Shown piece by piece: positions 33,786-43,800 of a stretch of 51,404 nucleotides of DNA. The DNA is taken from positions 1 to 51,404 of the forward strand of contig CABXQY010000002.1 in assembly GCA_902514485.1 (NCBI GenBank), written 5' to 3'. The DNA is from an uncultured Candidatus Poseidoniales archaeon. Its GTDB lineage: Archaea; Thermoplasmatota; Poseidoniia; Poseidoniales; Thalassarchaeaceae. Below the pieces are notes generated by a model. The model saw only the letters and a program-made list of their open reading frames with translations. It was not told where the DNA came from and did no database searches. Each line of letters opens with the position of its first letter. Within the stretch, counting starts at the first letter, position 1. Made by a program: the position numbers and the translations under genes.

Positions 33786-35983
33786 TAAGCATCACCCTTA
33801 GTACGCATCTCTGCAGGTAAACCAAGTACATCGCGGTCGTCGTTAAACATCTCTTTCAGAGTGTATCCTAGACCACCCCAAACCATTGTTGCTATCAATG
33901 CAAACATCAATACAGCAAGTACTGAAGAACCAAATGAAGCTCTGTAAGGTATAGATAATTCGTAATAATTAGGTCCATCCGATATTGTAGGATATGAGAA
34001 TGGGAATGCCCCATTAGTTGTACCGAGCATCGCCTTGTAGTGTATTTTCCCAACAGAACTGTCTGGCACAGGAATTTTCGCCTGTAATACAGTACCATTA
34101 CTTCCATCCAAAAGGATACAAGAAGTACCAAGAGCTTCAAAGCCAGACATTTCCCAAGGAACTTCTATCCATTCAGTAGGGCCAAAGTCATCTTGCTGAC
34201 GATTTGGTTCTACTAGCCTCCACATTAAATGCGTGTAAGTCATATTGGTAGTATAAGGGAAAGTGACATCTAAACAGAAATCAATAGGGATATCTCCATT
34301 TTTCGGTACTGAAACGTCAACAGGTGGTGCTAGCCATTGAGAACCGGTGGTATTTTCAATACCGACAATAGCACGATATCTAGGGTCATCGGCCATTTCT
34401 ATCATGTAAAATGGAACTCCTAAATTCCTTACTGCGATATGAGCAACATCATCAGGATGTTGATGGAAGGCTGTACCTATCTCCATTGTATAACAATACG
34501 AGTTATGAACCCCATAATGCCAATCGCAGAAATCTCCTGTAGTAGGGTACAGATCTGAAGATTGCATTGGTGCATAATCTGTCATTTCACCCATTTTAAT
34601 TCCATGATATACTAGATATTCATCATCTGGAGAATAACAATTAGTGCAGTGACCCCATGGCCATAATACCAGTTCTGAGTATGAATGCCATGTTAATGTC
34701 GCTTTGAACTCGGATGCTCCATCTCCATCATCATCATTCATCTCAGTCATGTCTTGAATGAATTTTGTCTCAGGTTCGCTGTTTCCACCTAGCCAATCCT
34801 CGTCGACCTTACCATCTGCATCGTCGTCTTTGCCGTCCACGTGATCTTCATTTAATCGACCATCTTGATCTTGGTCAACAGTATCGACAGGCCCGTTGTA
34901 AACGTCGTTATTTGCACCCGCTTCACCTGCATAACACATGCCGGGGAAGAGAGGTCCGGTAGCGCCTAGAGGTGCACCCCACTCAAATTGATAATTACGA
35001 TTCAAATCTACTCCATCACAAGACGGGTCTACTTCTTCATCAATATCAGGAAGAGGAGTTACTCCCGTTACAGTATTATCGCGAAGATTCTTTCTCCAAC
35101 CAGATGTCGGACATGTTTCCCATGCATTTTCACCACAGTATTCCTCTCTATCATATCTGTTTCCATCAACATTAAGCATTGGAATCAGATATATTTCACG
35201 TGTATTAACTAAATCAGTAATCCATTGTTCTGAGAAGTCCTCGTCAACTCCAAGATCTCCAGGCCCACAAGGGTTACCATCGCCATTACTATCTTGAGCA
35301 CTAGCATTCAATCTTGAACAGTCTCCATCGTTATCTATGCCATCCCAGCCATCTTCATCGATTAGTCCGTCACCATCATTATCGACTCCAGCCATACCAT
35401 AGTAGTAAGCAACAGTCTCTAAGAAAAGCATAGGGACCTCATAAGACATCCACTCTCTAGCATGGTGATTACCGACTAACATTACATCAGGAATATCTGC
35501 ATAATTACCACAATCTCCAACAAAGACGTTGCATTCTCCTCCTGCAACACCTTCTAATTCTTCACCACCACCAGTAATTTTGACCCAAGGGCTTGCATGA
35601 TTGTAGTACCAGCCTTCGTAATCATTTGCAGTCATTTCTTGCCCGCGTGCGTTGACACCGCCAACTAGCCCTTCATGGAAACTCATTATCTCCATATTTT
35701 GGCCTGCTAGTTGTTGCATCCTATCCTTCATTGAAAAATAATCATGATATTCTCTAAATTGTAACTGATCATTACCTCCCCAAGGGAAAATCTGGTTAGA
35801 GTATGTAAATGACCAGATATCTTCAGGTTCTAAATTTTCATTTGCTTCTTGGGCACCAACTGGTGCAACCAATGCCACAGGTGCGAGAACTGACAGCAGT
35901 AAAGGCATTAGAAGTGCCATTGCTGGAATTCTACGAGGATTTGAGATGAATTTTGACTTGTTAGTCACGTCGCTGCTTACCAT
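33785..35983 (-). CDS. M14-family zinc carboxypeptidase, membrane-anchored, with Asp-rich Ca-binding-like inserts
   Basis: M14 motifs are HHAREWMSYEV (HxxE zinc site), NVDGNRY, GVDLNRNY and LTWHSYSELVLWPWGH. Inserts include VDNDGDGLIDEDGWDGIDNDGD and DQDQDGRLNEDHVDGKDDDADGKVDED. It has an N-terminal signal and a C-terminal TM (VLAVLMFALIATMVWGGLGY). Confidence 0.85.
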   Translation of the reverse strand: MVSSDVTNKSKFISNPRRIPAMALLMPLLLSVLAPVALVAPVGAQEANENLEPEDIWSFTYSNQIFPWGGNDQLQFREYHDYFSMKDRMQQLAGQNMEIMSFHEGLVGGVNARGQEMTANDYEGWYYNHASPWVKITGGGEELEGVAGGECNVFVGDCGNYADIPDVMLVGNHHAREWMSYEVPMLFLETVAYYYGMAGVDNDGDGLIDEDGWDGIDNDGDCSRLNASAQDSNGDGNPCGPGDLGVDEDFSEQWITDLVNTREIYLIPMLNVDGNRYDREEYCGENAWETCPTSGWRKNLRDNTVTGVTPLPDIDEEVDPSCDGVDLNRNYQFEWGAPLGATGPLFPGMCYAGEAGANNDVYNGPVDTVDQDQDGRLNEDHVDGKDDDADGKVDEDWLGGNSEPETKFIQDMTEMNDDDGDGASEFKATLTWHSYSELVLWPWGHCTNCYSPDDEYLVYHGIKMGEMTDYAPMQSSDLYPTTGDFCDWHYGVHNSYCYTMEIGTAFHQHPDDVAHIAVRNLGVPFYMIEMADDPRYRAIVGIENTTGSQWLAPPVDVSVPKNGDIPIDFCLDVTFPYTTNMTYTHLMWRLVEPNRQQDDFGPTEWIEVPWEMSGFEALGTSCILLDGSNGTVLQAKIPVPDSSVGKIHYKAMLGTTNGAFPFSYPTISDGPNYYELSIPYRASFGSSVLAVLMFALIATMVWGGLGYTLKEMFNDDRDVLGLPAEMRTKGDA

Positions 35984-36083
35984 GGTATCGTACCCTCGAG
36001 AAGTGTTTGGGTCTTGAAAGCCTCGGATTTACGGTACGTAGTACCGGAGAGGGTTTGATAAGTGGCAGTTAAGGCGGAGAAAC

Positions 36084-37160
36084 ATGAACCAACTCGATGA
36101 CTTCATGCAAGGAGACGCTGTTTTACAAGGTTTTTCTCAAGGTACTATCTTCATTTTCTTAACAATAATCACCTTCTCAGTTACTCTAGGAATTTTGTCG
36201 AGGAGATATGTTTTTCCAAGACTTATGGACATGTTTTCAAAGACAGAAAGAATCGATGGAAAAACATTGTTTGCACCAAGATCATTGGGTTGGATGATTG
36301 GAACTTTGGTTTTCGTTCAGTCGATAGAATATTTAGACGCAAATTTCACCCCTATATGGGATGACAGTATCATAAACCAATTGAATGATATTGTATTTAC
36401 TGCTTTCATAATAATGATGTTAGTTGCTGCTTACAGATTAGTTGACTATCTAGATGCTTTTATCGTAGTAGAAGGCGACGATAATATTGCTTCAAGACGC
36501 TCATTAGCAAGCGTTGCTGAATCTGTTGGGAGAGTCGCAGTAGTGGTAATTGGGGCATTCGTTCTTGCAGGCGTTGCAGGCGTTGATTTGAATGGGCTAA
36601 TTGCAGGTTTAGGAATTACTGGATTGGCACTAGCATTAGCTGCAAAAGATTCTGTCTCGAATATCTTCGGTGCAGTTTCAATACTAATCGATCAGCCCTT
36701 CAATGTGGGAGATTGGATTATAGTCGATGGGGTCGAAGGAGAGGTAGTAAATATTGGACTTAGAACTACTTTAATCAGGACTTCTGCAGATACAATGATT
36801 ACTGTCCCCAATTCAAACATGGTTAATTCACCTGTAGAAAATTTCAGTAAAAGAAGGTTCAGAAGAATTACTCCTAAATTTGAGCTAGAAGAAGACAGTA
36901 GTCCTGCTGCCCTGAAGGAATTTTGTGACATTCTACTAAAGAAAGTAAATGATGATGCGAGGTCGATAAAGGAAGAGGATTCTTGGGTTAGAGTTCAGAC
37001 ATTTGGGACTGCAATGGTTGTAGTCGCAGGAAACTTCTATTGTGTATCATCTGCATCTACGCAGAGAGAGTTGAATGAAGACATTCTAATGATGGCTAGA
37101 GAGGCTGCTGAGAAATTAGAGTTGATTTTCTTCGAACCACGTTTAAGAAGTAATAAGTGA
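36084..37160 (+). CDS. Small-conductance mechanosensitive channel (MscS family)
   Basis: The MscS core is SNIFGAVSILIDQPFNVGDWIIVDGVEGEVVNIGLRTTLIRTSADTMITVPNSNM, preceded by TM helices. Confidence 0.85.
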   Translation: MNQLDDFMQGDAVLQGFSQGTIFIFLTIITFSVTLGILSRRYVFPRLMDMFSKTERIDGKTLFAPRSLGWMIGTLVFVQSIEYLDANFTPIWDDSIINQLNDIVFTAFIIMMLVAAYRLVDYLDAFIVVEGDDNIASRRSLASVAESVGRVAVVVIGAFVLAGVAGVDLNGLIAGLGITGLALALAAKDSVSNIFGAVSILIDQPFNVGDWIIVDGVEGEVVNIGLRTTLIRTSADTMITVPNSNMVNSPVENFSKRRFRRITPKFELEEDSSPAALKEFCDILLKKVNDDARSIKEEDSWVRVQTFGTAMVVVAGNFYCVSSASTQRELNEDILMMAREAAEKLELIFFEPRLRSNK

Positions 37161-37169
37161 GGTGAGAAG

Positions 37170-37770
37170 TTGGCAATTCTTGTTCTTATTCGACATGGAC
37201 AGTCTCTATGGAATGCTGAAAATCGATTTACGGGATGGACAGATATTGACCTTTCTAAAAAAGGTGAGAATGAAGCTAGAGACGCTGGAGAAAAATTAGA
37301 AAATGTAGCATTTGATGTTGTTCATACTAGTGCTCTAATGAGAGCGCAGAGAACTGCTGAAATTATCATCAAACACAATAAAAAATCACAAGATATTCCT
37401 ACTTACAAAGATGAAAGGTTGAATGAGAGACATTATGGCTCATTACAGGGGTTAAATAAAACTGAAACTGCTGAAAAATATGGCGCAGAACAAGTGCACA
37501 TTTGGAGGCGCTCATTTGACATCTCCCCCCCCAGATGGTGAAAGTTTGAAAATGACTGCTGAAAGAACTCTACCTTACTTCAAAGAAGATGTATTAAAAC
37601 ATCTAAATGAAGGAAAAAATGTTCTTATTTCAGCACATGGTAATTCTCTGAGATCAATTGTTATGTTTATAGAAAATATATCAAAAGAAGATATTGTTAA
37701 ACTGGAAATCCAGACTGGCGTTCCAAGAACATATGAATATAAAGATAATACTTTTACAAAAATCGAATAA
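37170..37770 (+). pseudogene. gpmA: 2,3-bisphosphoglycerate-dependent phosphoglycerate mutase, interrupted by a +1 frameshift in a C8 run
   Basis: [18 protein letters not shown] is the RHG catalytic motif. Frame 1 ends [12 protein letters not shown] at 37541. The overlapping ORF 37480-37770 continues [28 protein letters not shown]. The frames switch at CCCCCCCC (37525-37532); seven Cs would give an intact ..FDISPPDGESL... Confidence 0.8.
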
Positions 37771-39027
37771 TTAATTCCATCTTCTTAGAATTGGAGTTTC
37801 AGGAGAAGGAGCTAGTTTCCGATATGAAAAGAATATACCCGCTGTGATTGGCACTAGTAACAATGGAAGCAGTAAGCTATCCGAATTTCCAACCCCATAC
37901 TGATAAAAGCCATTGACAGAGAAAAAACCACTCATAAAAGACAGAGCAGCTATAGTTCTATGACTGAACATTGATTTTTGTAAATAAGGTACATCTTGAA
38001 TTATAGATACCGCTGGTTCTGGCTTTCCAGATTGATGAGATACCGACTCAATTACATCTAGTAAGCACTGTTCATATTCCCAAAAAAATGTGCCTCCACG
38101 AGGGGTGTAGAATATCTCTTTAGAAGACCATTTTGCTGGCGCTGTTGATTTCCATCCTTCAATTAATGTAGATCGAAGTTCAGAAATCTTAAGTTCGGAG
38201 TCACAAAGAAAATATATTCTATTTAGATCATGAAGAAGTGAAGAAAAATCTCTAATGGCAGGGAATTCACATTCAGGTGGAATTATGCTATCTGCTAAAC
38301 GTGGTCGGGAAAAATGAATACTATATTCCTCCGAGTTATCATTAATCATATCTGAAAATCTAATGTCACCAATTGTAATTATACAATCTGTATATTTTGT
38401 ATGAGGGGCTCGCCAAATTGTATTTGCACGTAATCTGGCTTCGAGCTGTTCAAGTCTCTTATTCCATCTCTTAGGATCTCTAGGAGTAACTCTCGCATTT
38501 TCGACAGCGCTGTGATATCTACCCAGTGCTGCGGATGATTGAAAAATAATCTCCTTAGATATTTCTAAGTCATTGGAATTAATAGAATCATAAAGTTTAG
38601 AATCAACATCTCTAACCACTTCATTCCACTTTCTTACAGAAATAATATCCATACCGTTCCAATCATAACCGCCTACAGGAACGTCACTTCCCGATGGAGC
38701 TAAACTAATCCTAGCACGAAGTCTTCCATCTGTGCCCCAAGGGAAAAATTCGGCTAACCAGTATATTCCGCTATCATTTAATTTTAGATTAATCCCTCTG
38801 TCAGTATTAGATACTTCTTCGACGATTACATTTTCTGATGGAACTTCACCCCAAGATTTCAAATCTGATATTGTATTATTCCAATCATTCTCATCGACTG
38901 GTTCGAGCATTTTTGACTTCAAACCAATACCTGCAAAAATAAGCCATTTGAATCCTTTCGGTGCTTCGTTATCTGATTCAATTCGAGACATAGCAGCAGG
39001 TTTCCAACTATTCTCAGCCTCCGGCAT
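37771..39027 (-). CDS. Hypothetical protein with a C-terminal membrane anchor
   Basis: 418-aa ORF with an ATG start and two C-terminal hydrophobic segments (TIAALSFMSGFFSVNGF, LLLPLLLVPITAGIFF). No motif was recognised. Its stop abuts the gpmA stop. Confidence 0.5.
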   Translation of the reverse strand: MPEAENSWKPAAMSRIESDNEAPKGFKWLIFAGIGLKSKMLEPVDENDWNNTISDLKSWGEVPSENVIVEEVSNTDRGINLKLNDSGIYWLAEFFPWGTDGRLRARISLAPSGSDVPVGGYDWNGMDIISVRKWNEVVRDVDSKLYDSINSNDLEISKEIIFQSSAALGRYHSAVENARVTPRDPKRWNKRLEQLEARLRANTIWRAPHTKYTDCIITIGDIRFSDMINDNSEEYSIHFSRPRLADSIIPPECEFPAIRDFSSLLHDLNRIYFLCDSELKISELRSTLIEGWKSTAPAKWSSKEIFYTPRGGTFFWEYEQCLLDVIESVSHQSGKPEPAVSIIQDVPYLQKSMFSHRTIAALSFMSGFFSVNGFYQYGVGNSDSLLLPLLLVPITAGIFFSYRKLAPSPETPILRRWN

Positions 39028-39114
39028 ACATGCTCACCCATATCTACGAAGCAGTAGTGAACTTGATGCAATCGGTCAGGGAATCTTTGATATGGTGTTG
39101 GTTTAGGCAAGAAC

Positions 39115-39657
39115 ATGGACGAGGTATCGGACATCCCACTCGCAGTCGATATGGATGGTACGTTAATCCTGACTGACATGAGTTATATCAGTATCAGAAG
39201 AGTTCTACTGAGAAGGCCATGGATGATAGTTAGTATGCTTTCCAAAGAGTTCACAAATAAGAGAGCACAATGGAAAAGAGATTTAGCAGAAAGGCTTGTA
39301 TTTGATCCTGCAGAACTTGAATATCATACTGCATTTCTAGATTGGTTAACAGGTGAATATGCTCGAGGAAGAACTCTGATTCTCGCTACGGCTTCTGATA
39401 GAATTATTGCCGAACAAGTTGCTGCACATGTCGGATTATTTTCAGACGTAATGGCATCAGATTCTAAATATAATCTCCGTGGCAAGAAAAAAGCAGAAGC
39501 ACTAATAGCAAGATATGGAGATATGAAATTTGGTTATGCAGGAAATAGTCATCATGATTTACCTGTATGGGAACATTCAGGACAAATTATTGTAGTTAAT
39601 CCAGAAAAAAATCTACTTGACAAAGTGAATAATGATGCCCATATTGTATTCGAATAA
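39115..39657 (+). CDS. HAD-superfamily hydrolase
   Basis: LAVDMDGTLILTD is the DxDxT motif I, ILATASD is motif II-like, and GNSHHD is motif IV-like. Confidence 0.6.
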   Translation: MDEVSDIPLAVDMDGTLILTDMSYISIRRVLLRRPWMIVSMLSKEFTNKRAQWKRDLAERLVFDPAELEYHTAFLDWLTGEYARGRTLILATASDRIIAEQVAAHVGLFSDVMASDSKYNLRGKKKAEALIARYGDMKFGYAGNSHHDLPVWEHSGQIIVVNPEKNLLDKVNNDAHIVFE

Positions 39658-39705
39658 GGAATCTTCAATCCAACTACTTTAGACACAGGAGATATTCCCT
39701 CGAAC

Positions 39706-40587
39706 ATGGGTCGAGCGCGCAGAGAGGCAGGGCGCCGTATTGACTCTGTAGCAAAATGGCTTCTTAAGTTTAGAATAATTTCTATTCCAGCTAGAATTTT
39801 TGCAAGCTCAAGTTTGGCGTGGAGTTTCGTATCAAGAACAGACAGAATACGAACTAATAGATTGAAAGATCGTATCTTAAATTATGAAATGCCGAAACAT
39901 GTTTCAATCATAATGGATGGAAATAGAAGGTTTGCATGGAATAGGCAAATTGAAACTAATATTGGACATAAAAAAGGTAAGGAAAAACTAGAGCAGGTTA
40001 TGGACTGGGTGCTAGACCTGGGGATTCCATATCTTTCTGTATATGCTCTTTCTACAGAAAATATCAAAGAACGAAGCTCTGAAGAGTTGGAATCACTGTA
40101 TGCACTGTATTGTAATGGATTAAATGAAATGGCTGAAGATCCTAAAATTCATAACATGAAAGTCAAAGTTCAAGTTGTTGGTAGACTAGAAATGCTACCT
40201 GATGATGTAAGAAATGCCATATCAAACATAGAAGAAAAGACCGCTAAATACTCAAATTTCCTATTTACTGTATGTCTTGCATATGGAGGTAGAGAAGAGA
40301 TTGTAGATGCTGTTCGTAAAGTTGCAGATGAACACTCAAAGGGTGAAATAAAATTAGAAGAAATTGATACTAATAAGATTTCTAGTAAACTTTACACCGC
40401 AAATTTACCTGACCCAGACTTAGTCATTAGAACTAGTGGTGAAGAAAGAATTTCTAATTTCTTATTATGGCAAATCGCATATTCAGAATTACATTTTACT
40501 GATGTTCACTGGCCTTCTTTTGGCAAGCAAGATTTGTATGAAGCAATAGAATCTTATCAAAGGAGGAAGAGAAGGTATGGCAGTTGA
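39706..40587 (+). CDS. uppS: Undecaprenyl (cis-prenyl) diphosphate synthase
   Basis: Motifs are HVSIIMDGNRRFA, LSVYALSTENIKER and IRTSGEERISNFLLWQIAYSELHF. Confidence 0.9.
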   Translation: MGRARREAGRRIDSVAKWLLKFRIISIPARIFASSSLAWSFVSRTDRIRTNRLKDRILNYEMPKHVSIIMDGNRRFAWNRQIETNIGHKKGKEKLEQVMDWVLDLGIPYLSVYALSTENIKERSSEELESLYALYCNGLNEMAEDPKIHNMKVKVQVVGRLEMLPDDVRNAISNIEEKTAKYSNFLFTVCLAYGGREEIVDAVRKVADEHSKGEIKLEEIDTNKISSKLYTANLPDPDLVIRTSGEERISNFLLWQIAYSELHFTDVHWPSFGKQDLYEAIESYQRRKRRYGS

Positions 40588-41029
40588 AAGATGTTCAAAA
40601 TGCGGTAGAGACGACTATCAAAGCCCTTCCGTAACAGTTGATGCTATTGCGACCAGAAATATAAATGAAGATTTAGAAGTATTAATGATAAAGAGAGGTT
40701 CAAAGCCTCCGGAATGGAATGGAATGTGGGCATTCCCTGGAGGATTCGTAGATTATGGAGAAGATCCAGAAGATGCAGTGATAAGAGAATTACTAGAAGA
40801 GACAGGGGTCAAAGGAAGGTTTCCATTACCTCTTACTATACTAGGTCAGCCAGGAAGAGACCCGAGAAAACATTGTATAGGATTATTCTATTTAGTTGAA
40901 GTCGATTCAGATTCAGAACCTGTTGGAGGGGATGATGCAGTGGATGCTAAATGGGTGAATATCAATAAATTAACAGAGCAAAATGTAGCAGGAGACCACT
41001 CTAAGGTCATTGATATACTTCGTGAATAA
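40577..41029 (+). CDS. NUDIX hydrolase with an N-terminal CxxC knuckle
   Basis: The Nudix box is GGFVDYGEDPEDAVIRELLEETGV. The N-terminus has CSKCGR. It overlaps uppS by 11 nt. Confidence 0.85.
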   Translation: MAVERCSKCGRDDYQSPSVTVDAIATRNINEDLEVLMIKRGSKPPEWNGMWAFPGGFVDYGEDPEDAVIRELLEETGVKGRFPLPLTILGQPGRDPRKHCIGLFYLVEVDSDSEPVGGDDAVDAKWVNINKLTEQNVAGDHSKVIDILRE

Positions 41030-41059
41030 ACATATCAGCAACCACATACTGCGAGTGTT

Positions 41060-41437
41060 ATGGCACGTAAGTTAAAGATTGACAACGGAGGGAAAGTTTG
41101 GGCGCCATATAGCCCAGGAATTACAGTCAGAGATCATATCTGGCTTGCTGGACAAATAGGAATAGAGGGAGGAGAAGATGTTGTGTCTCAAACTCAAGAA
41201 GCTCTTAAAAAAATTGATAATTTATTAGAAATCGCCAATAGTTCCAGAGATGACCTCGTCATGGTAACTATCCTATTAACAAATATTGATTATTATTCGG
41301 ATGTTAACGAAGTATATGGTAAATGGTTAGGAAAATCAATGCCACCTGCAAGAGCGGCTTATGAAGTTAGTAAACTTCCAGGCAATGCATTGATTGAGAT
41401 TATTTGTGAAGCATTCAGAGGTTCAGGAACTGAGTAA
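41060..41437 (+). CDS. RidA/YjgF-family reactive-intermediate deaminase
   Basis: 125 aa. LAGQIGIEGGEDVVSQTQEALKKIDNLLE..DDLVMVTILLTNIDYYSDVNEVY..PARAAYEVSKLPGNALIEI follows the YjgF/RidA pattern. Confidence 0.8.
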   Translation: MARKLKIDNGGKVWAPYSPGITVRDHIWLAGQIGIEGGEDVVSQTQEALKKIDNLLEIANSSRDDLVMVTILLTNIDYYSDVNEVYGKWLGKSMPPARAAYEVSKLPGNALIEIICEAFRGSGTE

Positions 41438-41452
41438 AATAGGTGAGTTGAG

Positions 41453-42841
41453 ATGAGTGTTTTCAAAGCTTATGACATTCGTGGATTAGCATATTCTGAA
41501 TTAGATGCTAAATTCGCTGAAAGATTAGGTAGAGCTCTTGTAACACACCTTGATGCAAAAACAGTAGCAGTAGCATCCGATATAAGAGAATCAGGTCCAG
41601 AATTACATCAGGCCTTCCTGAAAGGATTAACTGATTCAGGAGCAGATGTTTTGGATCTAGGAATTACTACAACGGGAGTACTCTACAGAGCAACAGTCGA
41701 CTTACCAGTAGACGCCTCTGTGGTAATCACAGCAAGCCATAATCCTCCTGAATATAATGGATTTAAGATATGTAAAAAATCTCTACCAATGGCAGGTCAG
41801 GAATTACAAGAATTGAAAAAAACTTTTGATGATAATAATTTCAAAGAAGGAAGAGGGGTAATCAAAACACTACCTGAATTCGAAAAAGACTATTTGAAAA
41901 TAGTTACAGAAAATGCAGGGATTCCTCAACGCAAAATAAGAATTGCGATAGATTGCGGAAATGCAGTTCCAGGACCATTAACAATTAAATTAATGGAAAA
42001 ATTAGGAGTTGATTTAATCCCCGTACACTGTGAATGGGATAATAAATTTCCAAATCATCCACCTGATCCTACAAGACCTAAAAATATGGAAGATTTATCA
42101 AAAGCAGTTATTGAAAACAATGCTGAATTCGGTATTGGAATGGATGGAGACGGAGATAGAATTGGAGTAGTAGATGAAAAAGGGAGGTTTATTCATCCAG
42201 ATAGATTAATGACAATCTTTGCGAAAGACATACTCGGAGAAAGAAAAGGAGGAACTGATTTAGAAAGAACCGTTTTCTTTGATGTGAAATGTAGTATGGC
42301 GCTAGAAGACGCGATAATATCTGCAGGAGGGATACCAGTTATGGTTAGAACAGGGCATTCGTTTATGAAAAGAGAATTAAGAAACAATCCCGATTCACCT
42401 CTGGCTGGAGAAATGTCAGGTCACTTCTTCCTTAATGATAGATGGCCAGGATTTGATGATTCATTGTATAATACAGCGAGGCTGCTCGAAATAATAGGTA
42501 GAGAAAAATCCCCTGAAGAAGGTGGACCATTGTTCTCAGATTGGTTTATAGATCTACCAGATTATGCATCAACAGGAGAGGCTAAAGTTCCACTTACTAA
42601 AGATAGAGAAGAAACAATGGAAATAGTTTCTAATGCCTTCACGGATTTACAACAATCTACTGTAGATGGAGTAAGAGTTAGATATCCTAAAGGATGGTAT
42701 CTCTGTCGACCAAGTAATACTGAACCTATACTCGTAATGAGAGCAGAGGCTACTAGTGAAGAAGGGCTTAAGAAAATTAAAGAAGATGTGGAACATAGAC
42801 TAGGATCTGTGATTAACTTAAAGAAATTTCATGAATCTTAA
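41453..42841 (+). CDS. Phosphomannomutase/phosphoglucomutase (alpha-D-phosphohexomutase family)
   Basis: Motifs are FKAYDIRG, TASHNPPEYNGFK (phosphoserine loop), GMDGDGDRIGV (Mg site) and GEMSGHF. Confidence 0.85.
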   Translation: MSVFKAYDIRGLAYSELDAKFAERLGRALVTHLDAKTVAVASDIRESGPELHQAFLKGLTDSGADVLDLGITTTGVLYRATVDLPVDASVVITASHNPPEYNGFKICKKSLPMAGQELQELKKTFDDNNFKEGRGVIKTLPEFEKDYLKIVTENAGIPQRKIRIAIDCGNAVPGPLTIKLMEKLGVDLIPVHCEWDNKFPNHPPDPTRPKNMEDLSKAVIENNAEFGIGMDGDGDRIGVVDEKGRFIHPDRLMTIFAKDILGERKGGTDLERTVFFDVKCSMALEDAIISAGGIPVMVRTGHSFMKRELRNNPDSPLAGEMSGHFFLNDRWPGFDDSLYNTARLLEIIGREKSPEEGGPLFSDWFIDLPDYASTGEAKVPLTKDREETMEIVSNAFTDLQQSTVDGVRVRYPKGWYLCRPSNTEPILVMRAEATSEEGLKKIKEDVEHRLGSVINLKKFHES

Positions 42842-43197
42842 CTTATTGATTGAAATTTATTCATTAATTCAATCATTAAAAAATACCCAATTACTGTAGC
42901 GCATAGTCCGCTACCAAGTGCTGGATAAAAATTCCATCCGCGCTCAATTAATTCTGGCATCACAATAAATAATAATAATGATGGAAGAACCAACCAAACA
43001 ATATCTCTTGAGAACATAATTATTTCTTCACTAGTAGCGCCGTCTTGATTCATCCACATCATTGCGAGAACACTAACTAATGGTATAGATGCAAGTACTG
43101 CTGCAAGCAATGTATCTCTCTGACTTAACTGAGCTACTGCAAAAATTACCAACGCTGTCAAGAGAATCTTAAAAGTATCAAAAATTAGACTACTCAT
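42838..43197 (-). CDS. Small four-TM membrane protein (DUF3147-like, tentative)
   Basis: The track ORF starts at a TTG (43215); the ATG at 43195-43197 gives MSSLIFDTFKILLTALVIFAV... It has four hydrophobic segments. Confidence 0.4.
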   Translation of the reverse strand: MSSLIFDTFKILLTALVIFAVAQLSQRDTLLAAVLASIPLVSVLAMMWMNQDGATSEEIIMFSRDIVWLVLPSLLLFIVMPELIERGWNFYPALGSGLCATVIGYFLMIELMNKFQSIS

Positions 43198-43215
43198 ACT
43201 ATTACCGATTAACAA

Positions 43216-43752
43216 TCATTCCATTCCATGATTTGAAAGGAATAATGGCATTGCGACGATAATCCCGCAAATACCAGCACAAAATAGGCTGCATATTGCT
43301 GAAGCACCGCCTATTAACTCGGACAATCCACTAAATTCAGAAGCTTCAGGGGTTGAAGTCAACAGATAATCCGTACTTAAATAAGTCCAAATGGAATTAA
43401 TTATCCACCCAGCCGCTATAGCCCCCAAGGATATCCAGATACCTTGTTTTTTATAGGAATATATCAGAAAACCGGCATAAGCAGTAGCAACACTGAGAAT
43501 TAAACCTGTCAACATTTGTCCTATTATCAACCATGCCGGCAAACCGCCTTCATCAGCAGGGGCGAATAAACCAAATACTGAAGATAAAGCGCCAAGTGTC
43601 ATTAATACACCATAAATAATAACTAAAACTCCTATTACCTGAGGAGCGGAACTTCTCTCAACGTACATCATTGTACCTGCTGGTTGAACATTCACCATTT
43701 GTGGTTGCGTCCCTACTTTACCTGAAAATACATCATCCCCACCTTCGCTCAT
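43216..43752 (-). CDS. Hypothetical multi-pass membrane protein
   Basis: 178-aa ORF with an ATG start and four or five hydrophobic segments. No family was recognised. Confidence 0.45.
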   Translation of the reverse strand: MSEGGDDVFSGKVGTQPQMVNVQPAGTMMYVERSSAPQVIGVLVIIYGVLMTLGALSSVFGLFAPADEGGLPAWLIIGQMLTGLILSVATAYAGFLIYSYKKQGIWISLGAIAAGWIINSIWTYLSTDYLLTSTPEASEFSGLSELIGGASAICSLFCAGICGIIVAMPLFLSNHGME

Positions 43753-43800
43753 ACAAGTGTCTGATAAGTTAATACACTTAGAATTTGGGACGATTTAGAT

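Noticed and set aside
37480-37770. 96-aa ORF listed as a separate gene
   Set aside because: It is the C-terminal half of gpmA (..SAHGNSLRS..) displaced by the C8 frameshift. It is merged into the gpmA pseudogene call.
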